From assembly GCA_017616435.1 (NCBI GenBank), contig JAFZYC010000076.1:16241-80240 (forward strand): a stretch of DNA of 64,000 bases. Reading direction: 5' to 3'. The notes below the pieces were generated by a model that was not told the origin of the DNA, did not search any database, and worked only from the letters and a program-made list of their open reading frames with translations. Below, piece by piece: positions 38,987-48,467 of the stretch. This DNA comes from Clostridia bacterium. GTDB lineage: Bacteria > Bacillota > Clostridia > Christensenellales > CAG-138. Positions within the stretch are counted from its first letter, which is position 1; each line of letters begins with the position of its first letter. The position numbers and the translations under genes are program-made.

Positions 38987-39664
38987 ATGAGTACACAGCT
39001 TAAAGACATTGCAGAGGAAATGCATCAGAAATCGATGGCGGCAAGGGACTGGGTATTCCAGGTGATCCGTACCGCTATTATCCGCGGCGTCCTGCCCGGA
39101 GGCATGCCCCTTCGTCAGGATGAGATCTCCGCGCAGCTTTCCGTAAGCCACATCCCCGTAAGGGAAGCGTTCCGCCAGCTCGATGCTCAGGGCTTGGTCA
39201 GGATCTATCCGAACCGCGGCGCAGTCGTAACTAAGCTCACCAAGGAAGAGCTCGAAAACGCCATGGATACCCGCATCATTCTGGAGCTCGGCGCTATCCG
39301 CGCGGCAGTTCCCCGCATGACGGACGAGTGCATCGCAAAGGCGGAGGAGATACTTGCCCAGTCCGCCGAAGAGGACGACCCCAACAAGCTTGAGGATCTC
39401 AATCTGCAGCTCCATTTCGCCCTTTACGAGGCGGCGCAGAACCCCTACATCCTCCAGCTCATCGAGCAGCTCCACGCCAATGTTGACAGGTACGTCCGCC
39501 CCTATTACACCCCGTCCGAGGCGTATGCTCAGACCGTGGGCGAGCACCGCAACCTCATCGAGGCCTGCAAAAATAAGGACGTTGAGTTTGCTTGTGCGAT
39601 ACTCCGCACCCATCTTGAAAAGACCAAGGTGCTCTCGCTCAACTCTCCGCTGCTTGCCGTATAA
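38987..39664 (+). CDS. GntR-family (FadR/FCD-type) transcriptional regulator
   Basis: N-terminal winged HTH (LRQDEISAQLSVSHIPVREAFRQLDAQGLVRIYPNRGAVV) and C-terminal all-helical FCD-like domain. Confidence 0.8.
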   Translation: MSTQLKDIAEEMHQKSMAARDWVFQVIRTAIIRGVLPGGMPLRQDEISAQLSVSHIPVREAFRQLDAQGLVRIYPNRGAVVTKLTKEELENAMDTRIILELGAIRAAVPRMTDECIAKAEEILAQSAEEDDPNKLEDLNLQLHFALYEAAQNPYILQLIEQLHANVDRYVRPYYTPSEAYAQTVGEHRNLIEACKNKDVEFACAILRTHLEKTKVLSLNSPLLAV

Positions 39665-39677
39665 CAGCTGACGAATC

Positions 39678-39705
39678 AAGCCCCCGTTTTCCGGGGGCTT
39701 TTTCC
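39678..39705 (+). terminator. Rho-independent terminator after the GntR gene
   Basis: AAGCCCCCG (39678-39686), loop, CGGGGGCTT (39692-39700), then a T-run. Confidence 0.7.
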
Positions 39706-39707
39706 GT

Positions 39708-39736
39708 ATAGAAAACGCCCGGCGAAATCGCCGGGC
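39708..39736 (-). terminator. Rho-independent terminator after the DUF4349 gene
   Basis: GCCCGGCGA / TCGCCGGGC hairpin (39717-39736), followed on the minus strand by GTTTTCTAT. Confidence 0.6.
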
Positions 39737-39753
39737 ATTAATCGTCTAAAAGC

Positions 39754-40707
39754 TTATTTTTCGTTTTCCGCGGATGCTGTCTTTATCTCCTTGCGGGCCT
39801 TCCTCTTCTTGCGGCCGCCCAGCGTGATGCGAAGCACGATGAGCACTATAACGGCAATTATGACCGCCCAGATGAGTATCGTGGGGAGATTGCCAATGAA
39901 CCAGATCGCGAATGTCCTCATGCCGTCGCCGACGTCCTGCAGGCTCTCCTTGAACTTGCGGGAAGCTTCCTGACCGAAGGTCTCCTTTTCGACGGAGGTC
40001 TCGCGCTCGACCTCGTAAACGTTCATGCTCACGGTGCTGTAGCTAATGAGGCTGTCGTAATTGCGGAGCTTGCCCTCGTAGGATTCGATCTGGTAGCGCA
40101 CGCTCGAAAGCCTGTCCTGAAGCGTGATGATGTCCTCAAGGCTCTCAGCCCTTGAAAGCAGCTCGAGGAGCGTGTCGTACTCGGTCCTGACAGCGCTGAG
40201 GCGCGCCTCGATATCTACGTACTGCTCTGTAACGTCGTCGACGTTCTCATAACGCTCTATGACGTTGCCGATGCCGTCGACCTCACGAAGGAAGATATCG
40301 AGCTTGTCGGCGGGGATGCGGAGCACCATATCGGCATAGCGAAGGTTACCGTAGCGGTAGCCGCGCTCGTTCACCCTGTTGGACTGGATATAGCCGCCGA
40401 GGGAGATGAGCTTGTCGGTGATGGAATTGATGAACGCGTCGAACTCCTTCGTCTCGACGGCGAGCTCCGCGTTCCTTATCACCATGCGTCCCGAGAGCAC
40501 GTCGCTGCCGTCGGACTTGCTGTCGGTAGGAGCAAACGTCGAAATAACGTCCATGTTCAGCGAATGCTCCGCGGAATCAGCGTAACTGCCCCCGTTCTGC
40601 GGATAAGAGGGAGAGTAGTCAGCCTCCTTGGCACTTTTGCTGCATCCAACAAAGAGCATGGATACGCAGATCAGTACCGCGATGATGATCACAGATGTTT
40701 TTTTCAT
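39754..40707 (-). CDS. DUF4349-family lipoprotein with C-terminal TM anchor
   Basis: ATG 40707 follows AGGAGG. Lipobox MLFVGC. Characteristic DUF4349 core (VIRNAELAVETKEFDAFIN...VTEQYVDIEARLSAVRTEYDTLLELL..LQDRLSSVRYQIESYEGKLRNYDSLISYSTVSMNVYE). Confidence 0.75.
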   Translation of the reverse strand: MKKTSVIIIAVLICVSMLFVGCSKSAKEADYSPSYPQNGGSYADSAEHSLNMDVISTFAPTDSKSDGSDVLSGRMVIRNAELAVETKEFDAFINSITDKLISLGGYIQSNRVNERGYRYGNLRYADMVLRIPADKLDIFLREVDGIGNVIERYENVDDVTEQYVDIEARLSAVRTEYDTLLELLSRAESLEDIITLQDRLSSVRYQIESYEGKLRNYDSLISYSTVSMNVYEVERETSVEKETFGQEASRKFKESLQDVGDGMRTFAIWFIGNLPTILIWAVIIAVIVLIVLRITLGGRKKRKARKEIKTASAENEK

Positions 40708-40784
40708 GGAATGATACCTCCTGGGTCTTATACCTATATAACGCACAAAGGGGGCTTTGGGTTCCCGATTATTTGAATTATTTA

Positions 40785-42524
40785 TCAATTCTGCAATAAT
40801 CCGGTTATGACGGCGTCTGTCTCCGCCATCATACGGTCAAGCGACGCGGCACCCGCTTCCTCCGTTTCGCCAACGGCGCCGATGTACAGCTTGAGCTTGG
40901 GCTCGGTGCCGCTAGGCCTTATCACGACCCATGCGCCGCCGGGGAGCAGATACCTCAGCGCGTTGGACTTAGGCAGACCGGTGGGGGAGGATACGCCGGT
41001 CAAAAGATCGGTCTTCAGCTGTTCATTGTGATCCTCGTATACGAGCACTGGGCTGCCGGCAACGGCCTTTATGGGCTCTGCACGAAGCGCTTTCATTGCG
41101 GAGGCTATCTTCTCCATTCCCTCTTTGCCGGAAAGCGTGTAGCTCTTCACCTTTTCCATATAGAAGCCGAACTCGGCGTAAATCTCTCGGATAACGTCAT
41201 ACAGCGTCTTGCCCTGCTGCATGTACCACGCGGCGGCGTCGCATACGAGCATAGAGGCGCATACCGCGTCCTTGTCCCTCGCGAATCCGCCGGCCAACGC
41301 TCCGTAGCTCTCCTCAAAGCCGAACAGGAACGCGTATTCGCCTGTCACGGCGCAGTGTTCTATCCATTCGGAAATGAAGCGGAAGCCTGTCAATACATCC
41401 TTGATGGCAACGCCGTATTTATTGCAGATCGCGTCGGCGAGCGTTGTCGAAACGAAGGACTTGACAACGAGCCCGTTTTCGGGCAGCCTGCCCTGCTCTT
41501 TTAAGGAGGAAAGTATGTAATATGTCAGAAGCGCGCCGGTCTGGTTGCCGGTAAGCAGCTTGAATTCGCCGTCCGGCTGACGCACCGCGACGCCCAGCCT
41601 GTCCGAATCGGGATCGGTCGCGAACATGAGATTCGCGCCGACCTTATCCGCGAGCGCCCGTGCGAGTGTGAACGCGTTCTTATCCTCGGGATTGGGGGCC
41701 TTGACCGTCGGGAAATCCCCGTCGGGCTCCGCCTGCTCCGGCACTACGTGGAGATCGGTAACGCCTATCCTGCGCAGTATCTCCGTCACGGGCACTCTGC
41801 CGCTGCCGTGAAGGGGCGTGTAGACCGCGTTGAGCATGCGGCCGTTCTCCATAAGATTTTCGGGGTGGAGAAGGAGGCTCATTGTGCATTTGTAGTATTC
41901 CTCGTCGACCTCTTTTCCGATGATCGTCAGAAGGCCGGAGGAGAGCGCGAGCTCCGTCTCCATGGGCTTGACGTCGAAATAATCGAACCTTCTTATGCAT
42001 TCGAGTATCCTGTTCGCCCTGTCGGGAGCGCACTGGCCGCCGTCCTCCCAATAGACCTTGTAGCCGTTGTATTCGGGCGGGTTGTGGCTCGCCGTGATCA
42101 CAACGCCCGCTATGCAGTTAAGATACCTTACCGTGAACGAGAGCTGCGGAACGGAGTGGAGCGTCGAATAGAGATATGTCTTGATCCCGCAGGAGGCGAG
42201 CGTGAGCGCCGTATCCATCGCGAAGATGTCCGAGCGGTTTCGGGAATCGTAGGCGATCGCGACTCCGCGTTTTGCGCCTTCCTCGCCCTCTGTCTCCAGT
42301 ATCATCTCCGCAAGCCCGCGCGAGGCCCTGCGCACGACGTAGCTGTTCATGCGGTTCGTACCGGCGCCGATCACGCCGCGGAGCCCTGCCGTGCCGAACT
42401 CGAGTTCGGTATAAAAGCTTTCCTCGATCTCCTTTTCATCCTTCAGATTCATCATGTCCGCGGCAAGGAAGGGATCCTTTTCGGATTCCGCGAGCCATCT
42501 TGAATATTCTTGTTTCCAGTCCAT
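40785..42524 (-). CDS. pgcA: Phosphoglucomutase / alpha-D-phosphohexomutase (PgcA-like)
   Basis: Active-site loop ITASHNPPEYNGYKV. ATG 42524 lies 7 nt after GGAGGT. The 42530 ATG is too close to the SD. Confidence 0.88.
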   Translation of the reverse strand: MDWKQEYSRWLAESEKDPFLAADMMNLKDEKEIEESFYTELEFGTAGLRGVIGAGTNRMNSYVVRRASRGLAEMILETEGEEGAKRGVAIAYDSRNRSDIFAMDTALTLASCGIKTYLYSTLHSVPQLSFTVRYLNCIAGVVITASHNPPEYNGYKVYWEDGGQCAPDRANRILECIRRFDYFDVKPMETELALSSGLLTIIGKEVDEEYYKCTMSLLLHPENLMENGRMLNAVYTPLHGSGRVPVTEILRRIGVTDLHVVPEQAEPDGDFPTVKAPNPEDKNAFTLARALADKVGANLMFATDPDSDRLGVAVRQPDGEFKLLTGNQTGALLTYYILSSLKEQGRLPENGLVVKSFVSTTLADAICNKYGVAIKDVLTGFRFISEWIEHCAVTGEYAFLFGFEESYGALAGGFARDKDAVCASMLVCDAAAWYMQQGKTLYDVIREIYAEFGFYMEKVKSYTLSGKEGMEKIASAMKALRAEPIKAVAGSPVLVYEDHNEQLKTDLLTGVSSPTGLPKSNALRYLLPGGAWVVIRPSGTEPKLKLYIGAVGETEEAGAASLDRMMAETDAVITGLLQN

Positions 42525-42553
42525 AAGCATACCTCCGTCGGGAATATTTGCTG

Positions 42554-43150
42554 TCAGTTATTCGAGGAACCGGAAGACGAGGATCTGTTCTCCCTGTCCC
42601 TTATCATGTGCTGGAGCGCGACGAGTATCGCGACTACGTACCCCTCGTACTCGGGCCGGTAGATATCTATGCAGTACTTGTCGTGGATCGATATGAGCTT
42701 CTGCCCGATAACGGCGATGATGCTGCCGTCGGAATCGTAAAGCTCGAAATTAAGCCCCATGATGTTGCCGCGAAGCTGCCAGCCGAGGCCTTCGATATTT
42801 GTTATGTCCTTGATGATGTGGAACAGCTCGTTCGAAAGCTCGAAGCTCGTTCCGTCGGCCATCGTGATATAATGCCTTTCGTGGAGAGAGATGAGCTTCC
42901 TCTCGATATGCGCGACCTGAACTCCCGCGGCGTCGAATACGTCCGTCTTATCGTGCAGAGATATCATCTTGGATCGCGCCTGATAGACGATTTGCTCCGC
43001 CTCGTCCACGATGTCGATGTGGTGATGCAGCGTAAACAGCTTTGTGGAGGTGAAGAGAGAATTAACGGGCTGACCGAAGCGCTCGACATTGTTGACGTTT
43101 GCGTCCTCGCCGGCCTCGTGAAAGCGATGGAACTTTGAAAAAACACCCAT
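42554..43150 (-). CDS. LURP-one-related (YxjI / Tubby-C-like) family protein with Ser-rich tail
   Basis: IEGLGWQLRGNIMGLNFELYD...YVVAILVALQHM matches the bacterial YxjI/LOR pattern. ATG 43150 follows AGGAGG. Confidence 0.7.
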   Translation of the reverse strand: MGVFSKFHRFHEAGEDANVNNVERFGQPVNSLFTSTKLFTLHHHIDIVDEAEQIVYQARSKMISLHDKTDVFDAAGVQVAHIERKLISLHERHYITMADGTSFELSNELFHIIKDITNIEGLGWQLRGNIMGLNFELYDSDGSIIAVIGQKLISIHDKYCIDIYRPEYEGYVVAILVALQHMIRDRENRSSSSGSSNN

Positions 43151-43306
43151 TAGGGGCCTCCTTGAACGATTATTATAATTCAATATCTATATATATTATA
43201 ACTCCTGTCGGCGAAAATGAAAAGAGCTTTTTGCTCTTCTTCCGATCCTAAATGAAAAGGGGACGGTCCGCAATCATCAGACCGTCCCTTTGTATTCGTT
43301 TTGCTC

Positions 43307-44689
<1,383 letters not shown>

Positions 44690-44774
44690 AATATGCCTCT
44701 CGATAAAAAACTGTTGCCAAGTATTGTAGCACAGCCGCTCGGATTAATCAACACCGAAATCGCCGATAATTCAA

Positions 44775-44818
44775 ATATAAAATAAAGAAAGAGCCCGGAT
44801 AACAGATCGTTCGGGCTC
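44775..44818 (-). terminator. Rho-independent terminator after the PHP phosphatase gene
   Basis: Minus strand: GAGCCCG...CGGGCTC hairpin (44791-44818) followed by TTTCTTTATTTTATAT. Confidence 0.65.
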
Positions 44819-44831
44819 AGTTGGATCCTTA

Positions 44832-45548
44832 TCAGGCTTTGACCGCGTTCCTGACGGCGTCCCACGCATCCGCGCTTGTGACGGATGCGGACGCCAGAGC
44901 GAAATCGCCGACCCTATCCGGGGAGTGCGCGTCGCTGCCGATTATGAGGCCGCAGCCGGAATCCTTTATGAGTCGTATCTCCTCGCTTGTGAGGGTCACC
45001 CTCGCGGAGTTGACCTCGAGCAATATCCCGAGCTCGCGGCAGCATTTTGCCATATAGGGTATGTCGACCTTAAGATACAGATTCGGATGCGATATGATAT
45101 CCGCCCTGCATTTCGCAGCGGCTTCGAGTATGCCCTCCGCGTTCCGGTGAGGATCGTTCCTGATCCCCAAAAGGCTTTCGCCCCAGATGCCCAAAGCGTG
45201 CTTGTTGAACGGCAGAACGCCCTTGTGATAGCCGATTATCACCACATCGTAATCGTGGCGGTCCTTGGGACAGTCGCTCTTTCCGAAGCCTGTTACGTTC
45301 AGCTCGATCCCGCGCATCACGCGTATCTTCCCCGAAAACTCGCGGGCTAGCTCCGCGATCTCGGCATTGAGCCTTTCGAGCTTTTTTCCGCGCACGCCGT
45401 AAGAGAAATGCCCCGGCCCGTGTTCGGATATGGCTATCTCATCAAGGCCCCGGTCGATCGCGGCAAGCACGTTCTCTCGCGGCGAGCCCGTCCCGTGGCT
45501 GTAATACGTGTGGGTATGATAATCGCCTGTGATCCTGTGATCCTGCAT
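44832..45548 (-). CDS. PHP-domain (histidinol-phosphatase-family) metal-dependent phosphoesterase
   Basis: MQDHRITGDYHTHTYYSHGTGS.. PHP motif I, later ISEHGPGH and IIGSDAHSPDRVG. The ATG at 45548 lies 1 nt after the rpiR stop. Confidence 0.75.
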   Translation of the reverse strand: MQDHRITGDYHTHTYYSHGTGSPRENVLAAIDRGLDEIAISEHGPGHFSYGVRGKKLERLNAEIAELAREFSGKIRVMRGIELNVTGFGKSDCPKDRHDYDVVIIGYHKGVLPFNKHALGIWGESLLGIRNDPHRNAEGILEAAAKCRADIISHPNLYLKVDIPYMAKCCRELGILLEVNSARVTLTSEEIRLIKDSGCGLIIGSDAHSPDRVGDFALASASVTSADAWDAVRNAVKA

Positions 45549-45549
45549 A

Positions 45550-46377
45550 TTACTTCTTGTACGGAGTGAACGGATCATGCCCGGAGTATTTCTTCTTCTT
45601 CATCCCCGCGAGCACCATGAACGATTCGAGAAGCGCGCACATTGCCGTTCCGGTATCGTAGCCGGAGATCCTGTAAAGATCGTCATGCCGCGACGTACAG
45701 ATGAAATAATCCGCATATTCCTCGCCCGGGGAATTGACAAGATTCGTGATGAGCACCGTCGTCGCCCCGTTTTCCTTTGCGGACTTAAGACAGTTCAGGG
45801 TGCGCTGCGTCTTGCCGGATCGCGTAAGGCAGAACACGAGATCGCCCTCGCCCATGCGCTTGGAATAATCCTGCATGAGCCGTTCGCTCCTTCCGCCGAT
45901 GACGACGGAGTCGACGCCCATGTGGCAGAGTCCGTCGGATACGTTGATAGCGAGCTGTACGCAGCTGCCAACGCCGAACCATACGACGCGCCGCGCGGTA
46001 AAGAGCATATCCGCAAGCTCGGATATCATGGCAGTATCGAGCACCTTGAGCGTGGACTCAAGGGAAGCGATATGTCCGCCTATGAGCTTCTGGAAAATAA
46101 GCTCGTACGGATCGGAAGTGTTTATGGGCATGTTTATCTCGCGCTTCACCGCAGCGGAGCCGCTCGCGAGCGAGACGCGGAAATCCATGAACCCGCTGTA
46201 GCCGAGCTTCCTCGCTAGCCTCGTTACCGAGGGCACGCTGACGCCCGCCTCGTGCGCTATCTCGTTTATGACCATGTGAGTCGCCTCGTCGGGATGGGCC
46301 AGGATATAGTCCGCGACCTTCCTCTCCGCAGGCGGAAGAGTTGAGTAAACAGAGCTGAGTTTCATTCTTGCAGGCAT
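45550..46377 (-). CDS. MurR/RpiR-family transcriptional regulator (HTH plus SIS domain)
   Basis: LPPAERKVADYILAHPDEATHMVINEIAHEAGVSVPSVTRLARKLGYSGFMDFR, plus a SIS-like C-terminus. ATG 46377 lies 7 nt after GGGGGG. Confidence 0.85.
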   Translation of the reverse strand: MPARMKLSSVYSTLPPAERKVADYILAHPDEATHMVINEIAHEAGVSVPSVTRLARKLGYSGFMDFRVSLASGSAAVKREINMPINTSDPYELIFQKLIGGHIASLESTLKVLDTAMISELADMLFTARRVVWFGVGSCVQLAINVSDGLCHMGVDSVVIGGRSERLMQDYSKRMGEGDLVFCLTRSGKTQRTLNCLKSAKENGATTVLITNLVNSPGEEYADYFICTSRHDDLYRISGYDTGTAMCALLESFMVLAGMKKKKYSGHDPFTPYKK

Positions 46378-46502
46378 TTCGATACCCCCCATCATGCCTT
46401 GTGTGAAAATTAATCACGAATTGCGATAATTATATATACCACGACGGGAGATAATTTTCAAGCGTTCAACGGCAAAAATACACAAATAATTTCCGCATTT
46501 TG

Positions 46503-46530
46503 ATAATATGTCACAGAATTGACATATTAT
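46503..46530. promoter_or_regulatory. Perfect 11-bp-arm palindrome ATAATATGTCA-N6-TGACATATTAT in the divergent rpiR / orphan-gene control region
   Basis: Arms at 46503-46513 and 46520-46530 are exact reverse complements. Lies in an AT-rich 220-bp intergenic region. Confidence 0.55.
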
Positions 46531-46597
46531 ACTGCCTTGGGAAGCATATTTTCAAATGAATACACTCGAATACTGTGATAGAAAACGGAGGAAAGAT

Positions 46598-47602
46598 ATG
46601 GAAACGATCCCGACGCTCATATTGACAGCCAGGTCGGACTGCATCGTATTGCTCGGCACATGCGGTCATCAGCTTGACGCAGGCGGGCGACTGGTCTTTC
46701 CCGCACCATTTGACGGAGAGATCGTCTTCACCGCTTGGGGGATCCGGGACGGCTGCGAGCTGATCCCTATTCCGATGCTCGCAAGGATACGGTTCTCGAA
46801 CGGATCCGTTATCGGATCGACTCTGCCCGTCGTCGACTGGGGCTTTGCCGCGGAAGCGGAAATCTCGCTTCCCACTATCCCGCGGGATCGGTGCGATATG
46901 CCTCTCCTGCTCGATTCAAAAGAGATCCCGTTCGGCGGAAAAACTGCAAAGGCGGAGCTCTATCGAGACGGCGTTATAAGGCTCGGAATATCGGGAAGAG
47001 GCATGGATCCCGTGACACTCGCGATAGGAGAGGGGAGGAGCGGCAGCCTCGGCGTGCTCGACGTAGGCAGCGAGCGGCTCATAAATATCTCGATCTCGAG
47101 CGGTTACGGCGAGAGGCTCATACTGCTCAACGGGGAAGCAGAGACCCTGCTCGATATAAGCGGTGATACCGCGGAGGTGATCGACGGTCTCCCTACGGCG
47201 ATAACGGGTCTTGACACTGTCCGCGGACACGAGAAGAAGCAAAGTTTCGAATTCGCAGGCGGCTCGTTCCGTAGCCCAAAGGAGGAGATCGGCTTTTTCA
47301 CGCATTCCCCGCACGAGCCGGAGGACGACCGCGAGCGGGCTCTTTCGGTGATAGAGGAGGCGCACATAGGGATCGATGAGGAATGGATGAGATTTGTTGA
47401 CCCCGAACTCGCGAAGGAGCTCACGGGCGGCGCGTTGAGAGATTTCCTCGGCCTGTTCGACAAAGCGAAGCTCGCGCCAGTCACGGAGCCCGCGGGCAGG
47501 GTGACGGTCGGACTGATCGATAACGGTCTGTTGATATCAAGACCAAGACTGCTTTCATGCGTTATGAGCGGCGGAATGCTCACGGACATAGAAGAGGGGT
47601 GA
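46598..47602 (+). CDS. Hypothetical cytoplasmic protein (335 aa), no recognisable family
   Basis: ATG 46598 lies 6 nt after GGAGGAAAG. Genome-typical codon usage. No signal peptide, TM or motif I can place. Confidence 0.5.
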   Translation: METIPTLILTARSDCIVLLGTCGHQLDAGGRLVFPAPFDGEIVFTAWGIRDGCELIPIPMLARIRFSNGSVIGSTLPVVDWGFAAEAEISLPTIPRDRCDMPLLLDSKEIPFGGKTAKAELYRDGVIRLGISGRGMDPVTLAIGEGRSGSLGVLDVGSERLINISISSGYGERLILLNGEAETLLDISGDTAEVIDGLPTAITGLDTVRGHEKKQSFEFAGGSFRSPKEEIGFFTHSPHEPEDDRERALSVIEEAHIGIDEEWMRFVDPELAKELTGGALRDFLGLFDKAKLAPVTEPAGRVTVGLIDNGLLISRPRLLSCVMSGGMLTDIEEG

Positions 47603-47618
47603 ATATCGTTAGCTTTTC

Positions 47619-47635
47619 CTAAACAGCATGTTTAG
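47619..47635. promoter_or_regulatory. Palindrome CTAAACA-gca-TGTTTAG (motif recurs near the XRE/cupin promoter)
   Basis: 7-bp perfect arms at 47619-47625 and 47629-47635. TGTTTAG recurs at 47856-47862 and AGTTTAG at 47878-47884. Confidence 0.35.
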
Positions 47636-47751
47636 TATTTCTGCGAGAAACGCGCGGCGCGCCGTATCCTTATGCCATAATTCGCACTGTCAAATTACAC
47701 CGTGATCCGCTTAAAAAAGCCGCTCACGCGGATGCGCCGGGAAGAACTTTG

Positions 47752-47795
47752 AAACGCCCATCCGCGGCAAATGCGGGATTTGGGCGTTTTTATTT
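47752..47795 (+). terminator. Strong rho-independent terminator about 150 nt downstream of the orphan gene stop
   Basis: AAACGCCCA (47752-47760) pairs with TGGGCGTTT (47781-47789), with an internal GC-rich extension. Followed by TTTTATTTATAT. Confidence 0.7.
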
Positions 47796-47815
47796 ATATA
47801 TTATAGTGAACGGTG

Positions 47816-47844
47816 TTGACAAACAGACCGTGAAGTGGTTTAAT
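47816..47844 (+). promoter_or_regulatory. Candidate sigma-A promoter (TTGACA-17-TTTAAT) for the XRE/cupin regulator and pot operon
   Basis: TTGACA at 47816-47821, 17-nt spacer, TTTAAT at 47839-47844. Confidence 0.5.
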
Positions 47845-47907
47845 TCTCGTATGAATGTTTAGTGTTGATAAACTTTCAGTTTAGCACAGTTATTTGGAGG
47901 CGAGACC

Positions 47908-48450
47908 GTGATCGACATAGGCGACAGGATCAAAAGACGCAGGCAGAAGCTCGGCCTCACGCAGGAGGAGCTTGCCGCGAGGACGGAGCTTTCAAAGGGC
48001 TTTATCAGCCAGCTAGAAAGGAACCTCACCTCGCCGTCCATAGCAACGCTCATGGACATCCTCGAGGTGCTCGGCGTGGACATCTCCGACTTCTTCGCCA
48101 AGGCGGAGGATGAGAAGATCGTATTCACATCCGACGACATGTTCGAGAAGGAGGATGAGGAAGCCGGTTCCTCGGTGCTTTGGCTCGTTCCCAACGCGCA
48201 GAAGAACGCGTTGGAGCCCATTATCGTCACGCTGAGATCAGGCGGCTCCACTTATCCCGACGATCCCCATGAGGGGGAGGAGTTCGGCTATGTGCTCTCG
48301 GGCAGCGTTACGCTCGTGCTGGGGCTTAGGCGGTTCAAGCTCCATAAGGGAGACAGCTTCTGCTTCAATCCGACGGAGGAACATTATCTAATCAACAACG
48401 CGCAGCGTGAGGCGCGCGTTATCTGGGTGGCGACGCCGCCGTCCTTTTAA
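47908..48450 (+). CDS. XRE-family HTH plus cupin-domain transcriptional regulator (PuuR-like architecture)
   Basis: GTG start after [42 protein letters not shown]-terminal cupin ([22 protein letters not shown]). Confidence 0.8.
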   Translation: MIDIGDRIKRRRQKLGLTQEELAARTELSKGFISQLERNLTSPSIATLMDILEVLGVDISDFFAKAEDEKIVFTSDDMFEKEDEEAGSSVLWLVPNAQKNALEPIIVTLRSGGSTYPDDPHEGEEFGYVLSGSVTLVLGLRRFKLHKGDSFCFNPTEEHYLINNAQREARVIWVATPPSF

Positions 48451-48467
48451 TCGATCGGGGGGTCAAT

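Noticed and set aside
44690-44831. Possible T-box riboswitch upstream of asnS (and upstream of hisS at 25174-25205)
   Set aside because: The regions are too short (142 and 32 nt). The asnS region is mostly the terminator of the preceding gene, and I could not find a T-box consensus (AGAGA/GNUGGNA-type) motif. An Rfam scan would settle this.
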